64,000 nt of DNA from Candidatus Latescibacterota bacterium (GTDB taxonomy: Bacteria > Latescibacterota > UBA2968), in contig OZ240241.1 in assembly GCA_965198115.1 (NCBI GenBank), positions 3,168,001 to 3,232,000 on the forward strand, read 5' to 3'. A program made the translations under genes and the position numbers. Positions 1 through 9,109 of this stretch are shown piece after piece. The notes under the pieces are model-generated. The model made no database searches. It saw nothing but the letters and a program-made list of their open reading frames with translations, and was not told the origin of the DNA. Position 1 is the first letter of the stretch. Each line of letters starts with the position of its first letter.

Positions 1-619
1 GCTTCTTGAAGCTTCCTTTTGAATCGCTAATTTCCTTTGGGAACTGAGATGCACCTAACACACCAGAACGAATCGGTCGCTGGTGTGTCGAGACCTGCTT
101 AAGGGCTGGATGGAGCGTTCTCCTCGCGCCGGCCTGTCCGGTGGGATACAAAATCCACATCTCCTTCCCCAGGTTGTTCTTCACAACCCCCATCGGGTTC
201 TTCAGATCAGAATCGTTCGTGACGACCACCGCGGCATCGAACCTGTCACTAAACCCATCGATAAGCAGATGCGTAGCTAGATTCACATCTGAGCCTTTCT
301 CTTCGATTTTGACCACCTGAACGAACGGATTCTGGCCCTGCCCGGGCGCAGCAAGTTTCATTGTTGTGGGGTGGCTGGTGAAATTGCCCAGGATGATCTC
401 GAGGTTCGGTATGGTATTGAGCGCCCGCGAGTAGATGGTTTGTCGCGCTCTCTTGACACTACCGGTCACTCTCGCAGTGAAATACTTGATACCATCGATT
501 TGGTAGTTCTCCGGCAAGAGAGCGACGAACATTCGGGAGATGTCCAGCCACCTATTGGGAGTGCCCTTCACCGACCCATAGTAGAGATTAAACCCGTCGA
601 CATAGCAGACGGTTTTCAA
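1..619 (-). CDS. NYN domain (LabA/DUF88, PIN-like) ribonuclease; 3' end runs off the window
   Basis: Not in the ORF track (no stop in window). Manual translation from TTG at 619 (RBS AGGAGG at 624-629): MKTVCYVDGFNLYYG...KYFTARV...EEKGSDVNLATHLLIDG...VVTNDSDL...SQFPKEISDSKGSFKK. The YVDGFN, EKGSDV and NDSD acidic motifs of NYN are intact. Confidence 0.9.
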   Translation of the reverse strand, partial: MKTVCYVDGFNLYYGSVKGTPNRWLDISRMFVALLPENYQIDGIKYFTARVTGSVKRARQTIYSRALNTIPNLEIILGNFTSHPTTMKLAAPGQGQNPFVQVVKIEEKGSDVNLATHLLIDGFSDRFDAAVVVTNDSDLKNPMGVVKNNLGKEMWILYPTGQAGARRTLHPALKQVSTHQRPIRSGVLGASQFPKEISDSKGSFKK

Positions 620-639
620 GTAACCTCCTACATAAAAAA

Positions 640-2059
640 GGCTCTATCCGGGTTTCTCAACGGTGAAACTATAGAATGACAAGGTCATAGATCGTTCCCT
701 ACGCTTGGTTGTGTGTGTAGGACAATCAAAGCGAAGGGGGTGCGACCTATGACCGGGAGCAGATTACTATCGAAACTGCTGAGATTCAAGGGGTTCCGTG
801 TTGTCAGCTGGTGGTTTGAGGGGAGAAGCTGCTTCGTCATCGCCGTAAAGCCACATAAGAATGGTTGTTGTTGTCCGGAGTGCGGCCGTCGAGGTAAAAT
901 CGTCCGCACAATGCCCCATCCGCGTCGGTGGCGTGACATTCCGGTGTGCGGGTGGAGGGTCTGGCTTCTCTACCATCCTCGGGAGATTCGGTGTCCTACC
1001 CACGGTCGTGTGGTCGAGGAGATTCCGTGGGCGGAGCGGTTCTCTCGGGTGACGTATCGCTTCGAGTATGCCATGCTGCGCTACTGCCAGACCATGACGC
1101 AGAAGGCGGCGTCCGAGTTACTGCGCATCTCTGCCTCGACGCTGTCGGATCTCCTTCACCGATCCATCACGCGGCTTCGTGAAGGTCATCGTATCCGAGG
1201 GCTCAAAACCATCGGAATCGACGAGATCTCCTACGCCAAGCGTCACAGGTACGCCACGCTCGTTTACGATCTGGACCGCTCCTGCGTGGTGTGGGTTGGC
1301 CGCGGCAGGGCGCGTAAAACGATCGATCGGTTCTTCACAGAGGCTCTCAGTCCCTACCGGAGATCCAAGATCGAGTGGGCCTGCTGCGACATGAGCGAAG
1401 CTTACATCGGAGCCATCCAGGAACACTGTCCGAATGCCAAGCTGGTCCTCGATCGCTTTCACATCGTCAAGGCTCTCAATGCCGCCGTTGACGAGGTCCG
1501 TAAGGACCAGTGGCGTAAAGCTGCCCCGGATGAGCGCAAAGCCATGAAGGGCCTCCGATGGCTCCTCTACCGGCACTCAGCGACACGCTCCAGAGGGGAT
1601 ACTCGGACACTCGAAGCACTGGAGAAGGCGAACTACCGAATCTATAGAGCCTGGAGACTCAAGGACGAGTTCGAGCAGTTCTGGGAATACAAAGCGCCCT
1701 GGGCTGCCGAACGCTTCCTGAAATGCTGGACGACGTCCGCACTCAGAAGTCGACTTGAACCCCTGCGAAAGTTCGTCAGGACCCTGCGACAGCACTTCTT
1801 CGGCGTCCTCGCATTCGTGAACACGCGTCTTACCAACGCCATCGCCGAAGGCCTCAACCGAATCGTCCAAATCGTCAAGAACCGAGCCAGCGGATTCCGC
1901 ACACTCGACGCATTCAACGATATGATCTTCCTTACCGTCGGAGACATAAACATCCCTGAGCAGATTCCGAAGAGGTTCCGCACACTCTAACCGCGCCCCC
2001 ATGCCAGGAACCACGGCACCTTCACCCACTTCATCTCGTTGAGAGATCCGGATATAGCC
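640..2059 (+). mobile_element. ISL3-family insertion sequence, copy 1 (1420 bp)
   Basis: Imperfect 23-bp terminal IRs GGCTCTATCCGGGTTTCTCAACG / GGCTATATCCGGATCTCTCAACG; 8-bp direct repeat ATAAAAAA at 632-639 and 2060-2067. Confidence 0.95.
713..1990 (+). CDS. ISL3-family transposase
   Basis: zinc-finger CPECG...CPTHG, IGIDE, CCDM, DRFH, TNAIAEGLN motifs; true start may be ATG 749. Confidence 0.95.
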   Translation: MCRTIKAKGVRPMTGSRLLSKLLRFKGFRVVSWWFEGRSCFVIAVKPHKNGCCCPECGRRGKIVRTMPHPRRWRDIPVCGWRVWLLYHPREIRCPTHGRVVEEIPWAERFSRVTYRFEYAMLRYCQTMTQKAASELLRISASTLSDLLHRSITRLREGHRIRGLKTIGIDEISYAKRHRYATLVYDLDRSCVVWVGRGRARKTIDRFFTEALSPYRRSKIEWACCDMSEAYIGAIQEHCPNAKLVLDRFHIVKALNAAVDEVRKDQWRKAAPDERKAMKGLRWLLYRHSATRSRGDTRTLEALEKANYRIYRAWRLKDEFEQFWEYKAPWAAERFLKCWTTSALRSRLEPLRKFVRTLRQHFFGVLAFVNTRLTNAIAEGLNRIVQIVKNRASGFRTLDAFNDMIFLTVGDINIPEQIPKRFRTL

Positions 2060-2067
2060 ATAAAAAA

Positions 2068-3487
2068 GGCTCTATCCGGGTTTCTCAACGGTGAAACTAT
2101 AGAATGACAAGGTCATAGATCGTTCCCTACGCTTGGTTGTGTGTGTAGGACAATCAAAGCGAAGGGGGTGCGACCTATGACCGGGAGCAGATTACTATCG
2201 AAACTGCTGAGATTCAAGGGGTTCCGTGTTGTCAGCTGGTGGTTTGAGGGGAGAAGCTGTTTCGTCATCGCCGTAAAGCCACATAAGAATGGTTGTTGTT
2301 GTCCGGAGTGCGGCCGTCGAGGTAAAATCGTCCGCACAATGCCCCATCCGCGTCGGTGGCGTGACATTCCGGTGTGCGGGTGGAGGGTCTGGCTTCTCTA
2401 CCATCCTCGGGAGATTCGGTGTCCTACCCACGGTCGTGTGGTCGAGGAGATTCCGTGGGCGGAGCGGTTCTCTCGGGTGACGTATCGCTTCGAGTATGCC
2501 ATGCTGCGCTACTGCCAGACCATGACGCAGAAGGCGGCGTCCGAGTTACTGCGCATCTCTGCCTCGACGCTGTCGGATCTCCTTCACCGATCCATCACGC
2601 GGCTTCGTGAAGGTCATCGTATCCGAGGGCTCAAAACCATCGGGATCGACGAGATCTCCTACGCCAAGCGTCACAGGTACGCCACGCTCGTTTACGATCT
2701 GGACCGCTCCTGCGTGGTGTGGGTTGGCCGCGGCAGGGCGCGTAAAACGATCGATCGGTTTTTCACAGAGGCTCTCAGTCCCTACCAGAGATCCAAGATC
2801 GAGTGGGCCTGCTGCGACATGAGCGAAGCTTACATCGGAGCCATCCAGGAACACTGTCCGAATGCCAAGCTGGTCCTCGATCGCTTTCACATCGTCAAGG
2901 CTCTCAATGCCGCCGTTGACGAGGTCCGTAAGGACCAGTGGCGTAAAGCTGCCCCGGATGAGCGCAAAGCCATGAAGGGCCTCCGATGGCTCCTCTACCG
3001 GCACTCAGCGACACGCTCCAGAGGGGATACTCGGACACTCAAAGCACTGGAGAAGGCGAACTACCGAATCTATAGAGCCTGGAGACTCAAGGACGAGTTC
3101 GAGCAGTTCTGGGAATACAAAGCGCCCTGGGCTGCCGAACGCTTCCTGAAATGCTGGACGACGTCCGCACTCAGAAGTCGACGTGAACCCCTGCGAAAGT
3201 TCGTCAGGACCCTGCGACAGCACTTCTTCGGCGTCCTCGCATTCGTGAACACGCGTCTTACCAACGCCATCGCCGAAGGCCTCAACCGAATCGTCCAAAT
3301 CGTCAAGAACCGAGCCAGCGGATTCCGCACACTCGACGCATTCAACGATATGATCTTCCTTACCGTCGGAGACATAAACATCCCTGAGCAGATTCCGAAG
3401 AGGTTCCGCACACGCTAACCGCGCCCCCATGCCAGGAACCACGGCACCTTCACCCACTTCAGCTCGTTGAGAGATCCGGATATAGCC
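2068..3487 (+). mobile_element. ISL3-family insertion sequence, copy 2 (tandem with copy 1)
   Basis: Same IRs; flanked by ATAAAAAA at 2060-2067 and 3488-3495. Confidence 0.95.
2141..3418 (+). CDS. ISL3-family transposase
   Basis: Near-identical to 713..1990 (4 aa differences). Confidence 0.95.
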   Translation: MCRTIKAKGVRPMTGSRLLSKLLRFKGFRVVSWWFEGRSCFVIAVKPHKNGCCCPECGRRGKIVRTMPHPRRWRDIPVCGWRVWLLYHPREIRCPTHGRVVEEIPWAERFSRVTYRFEYAMLRYCQTMTQKAASELLRISASTLSDLLHRSITRLREGHRIRGLKTIGIDEISYAKRHRYATLVYDLDRSCVVWVGRGRARKTIDRFFTEALSPYQRSKIEWACCDMSEAYIGAIQEHCPNAKLVLDRFHIVKALNAAVDEVRKDQWRKAAPDERKAMKGLRWLLYRHSATRSRGDTRTLKALEKANYRIYRAWRLKDEFEQFWEYKAPWAAERFLKCWTTSALRSRREPLRKFVRTLRQHFFGVLAFVNTRLTNAIAEGLNRIVQIVKNRASGFRTLDAFNDMIFLTVGDINIPEQIPKRFRTR

Positions 3488-3582
3488 ATAAAAAAGCAGA
3501 GGCCGCCCCGTTAGGAGCGGCCTCGCGGCCCTGACTTCGAGGAGCCAGGGTTGGTTCTTCTAATAGAATACGACACCATCGA
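3488..3582 (-). ncRNA. Putative structured leader/small RNA originally upstream of the NYN gene (two hairpins, the second an intrinsic terminator)
   Basis: Minus strand: CCCTGGCT-cctcga-AGTCAGGG, then GAGGCCGCTCC-taac-GGGGCGGCCTC followed by TGCTTTTTT; removing the ISs joins it directly to the NYN RBS. Confidence 0.5.
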
Positions 3583-3587
3583 GCTCT

Positions 3588-3615
3588 AGTATAGCGATTT
3601 ATATGTGAGTTGCAA
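3588..3615 (-). promoter_or_regulatory. Putative sigma70 promoter of the leader/NYN unit
   Basis: TTGCAA-16 bp-TATACT on the minus strand. Confidence 0.55.
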
Positions 3616-3891
3616 CCTTCCAAGCGAAGAATGGCCGCTGGGTGGGCCTCATTGGTGTCCGGATAGGCGATCGAGAATAGATGTAGACGCCTATTTGCGT
3701 TCGTTCGATCAGGTGTTCAGAGCATCGTAGTACGACCGCCTGCTGGTACGGCACAGCCGCTCAAGCTCCGACCGCAAGGGGCACCTGCGTTAAAGAATTT
3801 TAATGTTCGCTTAATCCTCCTTTAATCCTATCTCCGTAGGCTTTCTCATCAGATGATTTCCGCCCGGGGAGGGTCAACCTTTGGAGGTAGA

Positions 3892-4271
3892 ATGATCAAT
3901 CGCAGAGTCACCCCCACGCTGTTCGCCGCCCTTCTCGGGACCTGGCTTGTCGGATGTTCATCAATCCGCTCTCTTCGGCCGATCCCACCACCGCCAAGCA
4001 AGCCCAGTCATCGCAAACCCAGGATGGAGATCTGCTAATCCCCTTGGATTCTGTGCCTCAAGCGGCAATCGACGCCGTTATGGCAGCAGAGCCCGGTGGC
4101 ACCATCACGGCCGCCGAGCGCGAGATCGAAAAGGGTGTGACTGTCTACGAATTGCACGTCCAACGTGCGAACGGCAGCGTTGTCGAAGTCGAAACCGACG
4201 CCCAGGGCAATATTCTGGAGACCGAAGCCGCCGAGCGTGGCCGCCCAGGATCGACAACCATCGGAAACTGA
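3892..4271 (+). pseudogene. PepSY-like lipoprotein, frameshifted (or sequencing indel)
   Basis: RBS GGAGG + ATG 3892, lipobox LVGC; frame change near 3960 into PepSY-like PGGTITAAEREIEKGVTVYELHV...VEVETDAQGNIL. Confidence 0.65.
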
Positions 4272-4319
4272 GTTGGCTGACGTCAAACGGCGAAAAGTGA
4301 GTCCGCCACACTTCGTAAG

Positions 4320-4696
4320 GCCGAGAACCAACTGGAGAAGTTCTCTGTGAAGTGGGACAACACCTACTCGATGATCGGTCGGTCCTGGCGTGAACACTGG
4401 GAGCACATCACCCCGTTCTTCGCCTACCCACCAGAGATCCGGAAGGTGATCTACACGACGAACGCCATCGAGTCAATGAACGCATCGCTCCGGAAAGTCA
4501 CGAAGAACAGAGGCGCGTTCCCGAATGATCAGGCCGCCATCAAACTCCTGTATCTGGCGATCCGAAACATCTCCAAACGATGGACCCGGCCACTGAACGA
4601 TTGGAATGGGGCCATCAACCGGTTCGCCATCATGTTCGAAGATCGTGTCCCGTTAAAGTAATCGTGTCACCAGTTACACAAATCTCTGGACACACC
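4320..4696 (+). mobile_element. IS256-family remnant (3' transposase fragment and right end)
   Basis: FFAYPPEIRKVIYTTNAIESMN...FPNDQAAIKLLYLA motif (stop 4661); end sequence CAGTTACACAAATCTCTGGACACACC. Confidence 0.85.
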
Positions 4697-4700
4697 CGAG

Positions 4701-4734
4701 TGGGGTCAGGTCCATATCTTCGGATCTGACCCCA
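4701..4734. repeat. GC-rich palindrome (terminator- or REP-like)
   Basis: TGGGGTCAGGTCC-8 nt-GGATCTGACCCCA between convergent genes. Confidence 0.45.
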
Positions 4735-4777
4735 TACTTATAAGCTACCTTTTCCACTTCTCCTCTTCTACGCTTCT

Positions 4778-5263
4778 CTACTTCTTCGTCATCGTCCCTT
4801 CCCACTCTGCCATGTGCTTTCCATCAGGCCACTCTGCACTTACTTCGGCCGTGCCACTCGCTTCGGGGCCCTCAAACTTGCCGGTACCGCCCATGCCCTT
4901 CCACTGGATCTCGGTTCCGGACGCCTCGACCGTGAACCAATAGATATCCCCTTCAGGACTGATCAGGTTACAACTGCCGTGGCCCTGGACCAGCGAGTCG
5001 CTGGCTGTGAACTCGTAGGCCGCGAAACAGGTCTCGTTCCCAAGGTGGAACGGATTCGAGGAATCGTTTGCTGTGACGCTGAGTTCGAAAAAGATGCGCC
5101 TCAGCGATCCACCGCTCGGCAAATCGAAGGAGCTGACTACCTTCTGCGTGCCAGTCACCATCCCAGAAATCTTCTCCGTTTCCTGCGAGACGGCTGTCTG
5201 CGGAGCAAGACCGACGAACAGGATGGTGAGTGCACCTGTTACCAGCAGCGTAAAGCGTCTCAT
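4778..5263 (-). CDS. Secreted beta-rich hypothetical protein
   Basis: RBS AGGAGG, ATG 5263, signal peptide MRRFTLLVTGALTILFVGLAPQTAVS; WKGMGGTGKFEG motif. Confidence 0.75.
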   Translation of the reverse strand: MRRFTLLVTGALTILFVGLAPQTAVSQETEKISGMVTGTQKVVSSFDLPSGGSLRRIFFELSVTANDSSNPFHLGNETCFAAYEFTASDSLVQGHGSCNLISPEGDIYWFTVEASGTEIQWKGMGGTGKFEGPEASGTAEVSAEWPDGKHMAEWEGTMTKK

Positions 5264-5427
5264 CGTAACCTCCTGACTTGGTGTGAACCGAGATGCACGT
5301 ATCGATGATCTGCCCAAACCCCACCTGCCTGATGACCTTCTTGGCTGCGTGGTTACTATTCGTTCCGGATTTCGACCTGGATACACATCCGTTCTCCCGC
5401 TCTGTCGTCTTTCACGGGTATTCGGTC

Positions 5428-6080
5428 TCAAACATTGTTTTCCTCACCCACGCTCGATGTCCCGATGAGCCGTGCGATGAGAATCGCGACGTAAAGAACC
5501 CCGATCGTGCCTTCCAGAATCGCAAGTGAGCGTGTGGCGTCCGTCGCGGGAGAGATATCCCCGTAGCCAACGGTCGTCAACGTCATGAAGCTGTAGACAG
5601 CAGTTGAGACCAACCCAGTCGCTCCCCTTCCGCGAGGCTCGCGAAGAATGAACCCGGGTGGAGCGTCTCGATCAGGTCGTAGAGTTGTCCGAACGACACC
5701 CCGACAAGCAGGTAAACAGATACGGCACCGGACAGCGTGTCCGCCATAAATCGACGTGTACGGAGGATCTCGGCGCCGATGGCCAGGGTGATGAAAGCGT
5801 AGAAAAGGAAAAAAGCGCCCTCGACGACCGGGTGTCCCGTCACCCCGCGGATCATCGTGGCGATGTGTATCGCGCCCACGATCACCGCCAATACACACGC
5901 CCCAGCGAAGATTCGTCGATTCGTGTGGACGGCATACACGCCCGGCACCAGCATGGCGAGGGCGATCAGAGCGCCAACGTGACGTCCCCAGTACGGATAG
6001 CCTGCGAGCAGGATCGTGAGCGCGATCAGAAGAAAGTAAAAGCGATTGTCGCAACCAACTGGACTGCGAAGTAGATCCAT
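5428..6080 (-). pseudogene. Potassium channel family protein (Ion_trans_2), single frameshift near 5598
   Basis: TM helices in 5583..6080 frame; YSFMTLTTVGYGDISP selectivity filter in the 5428 frame. Confidence 0.8.
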
Positions 6081-6176
6081 GCCGCGACTCCGTCACCTAT
6101 TCCTTAGGCGGCTCATGTAGCTTTATCGATCTTCCGATATGCTCCTGGCCCCATCACACACATTGCTCAGTCGACG

Positions 6177-8465
6177 TCAAGGGATTGCTGTCGCGCGAGG
6201 TTCCGAGCCGTTTTCCTTCTCCGTCTGTCCAGACCCATCCGGTGTGAAAGCCAGGACGTCCATCGGGCAGACGGTCACGCAGATCCCACATCCGATACAC
6301 GACGAATTGCTGTTGTCGAGAGTCTCCTGCTTCAGCGCGTGGGACATGACGTCGATGCCGACGAGACAATTTCGCGAACATTCGTGGCACCCGATGCACT
6401 TATCGTTCGACCCGATATGGTAGCGGCTCACACCTATTCGCGTGTATAGAGACGACATCAGGTCCATCATCTTGGCCAGCGGACACCAGTAGCGACACCA
6501 GATCTTGCCCCCCAAAAACGGGTAGAGAGTGACGGGCAGGATTCCAATCAGCCAGACGTCGATGGCGAGTCGATAGATACCGATCGACCAATCCGCCTCC
6601 GCACTGAGCAGCCCCCACGCATCCTTGATCAGCAGCATGAACGTCACGACGACAGCCAGACCCAGGACCCCGAGGCTCATCTTTTCCAGAGCAATGGCCG
6701 TCTTGCCTTTTGGCGCGAGGTGCCGCCATCGGTCCCCGAAGGTCTCCGCGAGTCCTCCGCACCCGCATATCCACGAGCAGTAGCGTTTTCCGTGAAACAG
6801 CACGAAGATCGGGATGATTACGAAGGTCAGAAGCACACCCCAGATGACCCAGATGTGGTGCGGGTTATAAAAGAAAGTGTAGAAGAACAGCGGCCACGCG
6901 TAGATGATGCCGTAGCTGCGCCACGCCTGATCCGCGAACACGGGATCCTTCGCGAGTGCGCCCACCCACTGGTAGGCCACCGCCCACTGGAACAGGAACT
7001 CCGGAACGACGAAGAAGAAGACCCACTGAAAACCCAGCAGACTCACAAACCGCCACGTCTGGAATCGATCTTTCCTGTCGAGCCCCCACCGCTTCAGGGC
7101 TTCGATCCCGAACGCGGTCATCAGGCCGGTATAGATAACCGTGTACCAGAAACTCCACGGTCTGTCCCAGAGCGACAGAGCCGAATAGCCCCAGTTCCGG
7201 AATGGCCAGAACTCTTCCCCCTTCCCGACCTTGACGCCATACACCGTATACCACACCAGGAAGGAAACGCCCAACCACGCCCAGCGATCGCCTCGTTTGC
7301 CGAACATCAGCAGCCCCACGAACGAGAACACCGTGAGCATCCAACCGACCCACGCGACCGTAACCGTCGTCGATCCCGTAACGATGCCCGTCTGCCCGCC
7401 GGCGAGCCAGAGACCGAAGAGCGTTGCGAAACTCAGCGCAGCGCTCCGCGTGAGCGACCCGTCCCACTCGTTCTCCATCCGAATCCCCAGCGACTTGAGG
7501 AAGTCGACAGGCACATCCGAGCCGATCAGCACGAAAGCGTGATCACACGGAATCGTCTGTGACTCATCCCCTACGGAAAGGACAGCGTGGTCCTCGGAGA
7601 ACGCGTTCACCGTGCTGTTCAGGATCACACGCACCTTTCCGTCCGCAACCGCTTGTTGCAATCGCTCGTCGTTGTCTTTGAACAGACGCGAGAACGCCGC
7701 GCCGCGATAAGAAACCGTGACGCGGTTCTCGTCCGACAACGTGAGGGCGGCTTCGATGGCGCTGTTCCCACCCCCCACGACCAGGATGTCCTCGTTGACG
7801 TACGACCGGGGGTCGTAGAGCCGGTGATAGACGCGTTCCTGGTCCTCCCCCTCGCAGCCGAGCTTGCGTGGATTGCCCCTCTGGCCCGTCGCGAGCACCA
7901 TCCGTTTGCAACGATAGGTACCTTTCGGCGTCGTGACGGCGAAAACGCCCTCTGTCTTCTCCAAACCGGTCAGGGGCTCCTCGGTCCTCACATCCAGCTC
8001 GTTGTCCCGAACGATCTGCCCCCACCGGTGGACCAGGTCCTCCTTCGTCGCCCCGTCGAGCCACAGCTTTCCCTTGGCGGGCCTTTCGTCCGGCTCTGCG
8101 TAGACCCATTTTCCCTCGGGGAAGTTCTCGATCGTGTTCGCGATCTTGCCCTTTTCAAGCACCACAGCCGACAGCCCTTTGTCCCTGGCGGCCAACGCGG
8201 CGTTCAAACCCGCTGCCCCGGCCCCGACGATGATCAGATCCAGGGGCTCGGACGGCGCTTCAATGTCGGGAAGCTGCGAGATGTGTTCGATGACTTCATA
8301 GCCCTGCTCCATCGCGAGCTTGATGACCGGGGCACCGGCGAGGTCTCCGACGATGTAGAGGCCCGGTACGTTGCTCAGGTTGTTCACATCGAGTTGTGGC
8401 CTACGGGTTGCTCCATCGGCACTCGCAAACACGGTGTCCTCAAGCCACGTCTGCATCCGCCCCAT
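6177..8465 (-). CDS. FAD/NAD(P)-dependent thioredoxin-reductase-like domain fused to a membrane 4Fe-4S polyferredoxin
   Basis: GAGAAG and GGGNSA Rossmann motifs, TM block, CSWICGCG, CRYWCP, CIGCHECSRNC, CIGCGICVTVCP; start MGRMQ at 8465 overlaps upstream stop (TGATG). Confidence 0.88.
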   Translation of the reverse strand: MGRMQTWLEDTVFASADGATRRPQLDVNNLSNVPGLYIVGDLAGAPVIKLAMEQGYEVIEHISQLPDIEAPSEPLDLIIVGAGAAGLNAALAARDKGLSAVVLEKGKIANTIENFPEGKWVYAEPDERPAKGKLWLDGATKEDLVHRWGQIVRDNELDVRTEEPLTGLEKTEGVFAVTTPKGTYRCKRMVLATGQRGNPRKLGCEGEDQERVYHRLYDPRSYVNEDILVVGGGNSAIEAALTLSDENRVTVSYRGAAFSRLFKDNDERLQQAVADGKVRVILNSTVNAFSEDHAVLSVGDESQTIPCDHAFVLIGSDVPVDFLKSLGIRMENEWDGSLTRSAALSFATLFGLWLAGGQTGIVTGSTTVTVAWVGWMLTVFSFVGLLMFGKRGDRWAWLGVSFLVWYTVYGVKVGKGEEFWPFRNWGYSALSLWDRPWSFWYTVIYTGLMTAFGIEALKRWGLDRKDRFQTWRFVSLLGFQWVFFFVVPEFLFQWAVAYQWVGALAKDPVFADQAWRSYGIIYAWPLFFYTFFYNPHHIWVIWGVLLTFVIIPIFVLFHGKRYCSWICGCGGLAETFGDRWRHLAPKGKTAIALEKMSLGVLGLAVVVTFMLLIKDAWGLLSAEADWSIGIYRLAIDVWLIGILPVTLYPFLGGKIWCRYWCPLAKMMDLMSSLYTRIGVSRYHIGSNDKCIGCHECSRNCLVGIDVMSHALKQETLDNSNSSCIGCGICVTVCPMDVLAFTPDGSGQTEKENGSEPRATAIP

Positions 8466-9109
8466 CACGTCCGGCCCCCGATGCGCTGAGACTCCGCCTC
8501 GGCCGCCGGCGTCAGGGCCGCCCCGCAAGACGAGCAGCTGGCTGCAGCGGGATGATTGCCCCTCCCGCACGTCGGACACGGCAGGGGCGCGTGGGTCGCG
8601 TGCGGCTTGAACAATCCAGTCAGAACGGGCGCGTCGGGCGTCGTCCTCCGTGTGTAGATGGCTGCGAGCGCGGCCACATTCGCAATCAGACCGGCCGCGA
8701 ACCACAGCAACGCAGAGTACCCCTTGCGAATCGCGATGTGGCTGGCCAGCGCGCCCGATGCCAGGCCGACGCACATCCATACACCTACGTAGAGCCAGCC
8801 GAGCCCGAGCGACCACGTTTCGTCCTCCTGGAACAGGGCACCTCGCGGCTGTAGGCTGGAAAAGAAATCCTGGGGGGCGCTGAAAAACATGCCGACGGCA
8901 TCCTTGTGGACCGTCACGCGCCTCCCTCGATGGAGGAACGCCACCCCGTCCTTGTCCGATAGAAACACGCCGGAAATGAGGCAGCGGTCGCCTTCCCGAA
9001 TAGACATCGTCACAAGGTTGTCCGGTACAGCCCCCTCGGCGGCGCCGGGACACGCGACCACAAGGGCAAGACCCAAGACGTACACTCGTAGAGAGGATGG
9101 CATTCTCAT
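8465..9109 (-). CDS. Membrane protein with signal peptide and C-terminal zinc ribbon
   Basis: N-terminal signal, two TM helices, CPTC...CSSC; translationally coupled on both sides. Confidence 0.75.
   Translation of the reverse strand: MRMPSSLRVYVLGLALVVACPGAAEGAVPDNLVTMSIREGDRCLISGVFLSDKDGVAFLHRGRRVTVHKDAVGMFFSAPQDFFSSLQPRGALFQEDETWSLGLGWLYVGVWMCVGLASGALASHIAIRKGYSALLWFAAGLIANVAALAAIYTRRTTPDAPVLTGLFKPHATHAPLPCPTCGRGNHPAAASCSSCGAALTPAAEAESQRIGGRT

Noticed and set aside
83-679. Plus-strand ORFs 83..280 and 371..679
   Set aside because: Antisense shadows of the NYN gene on the minus strand
685-3457. Recurrent antisense and alternate-frame ORFs inside ISL3 (84, 150, 152 aa and others)
   Set aside because: They recur only because the IS is repeated; no recognisable motifs or RBS
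8466-9053. 195-aa N-terminal extension of the 958-aa ORF
   Set aside because: Overlaps the real 8465..9109 gene in another frame; Arg/Gly-rich shadow sequence; coupled start at 8465 fits better
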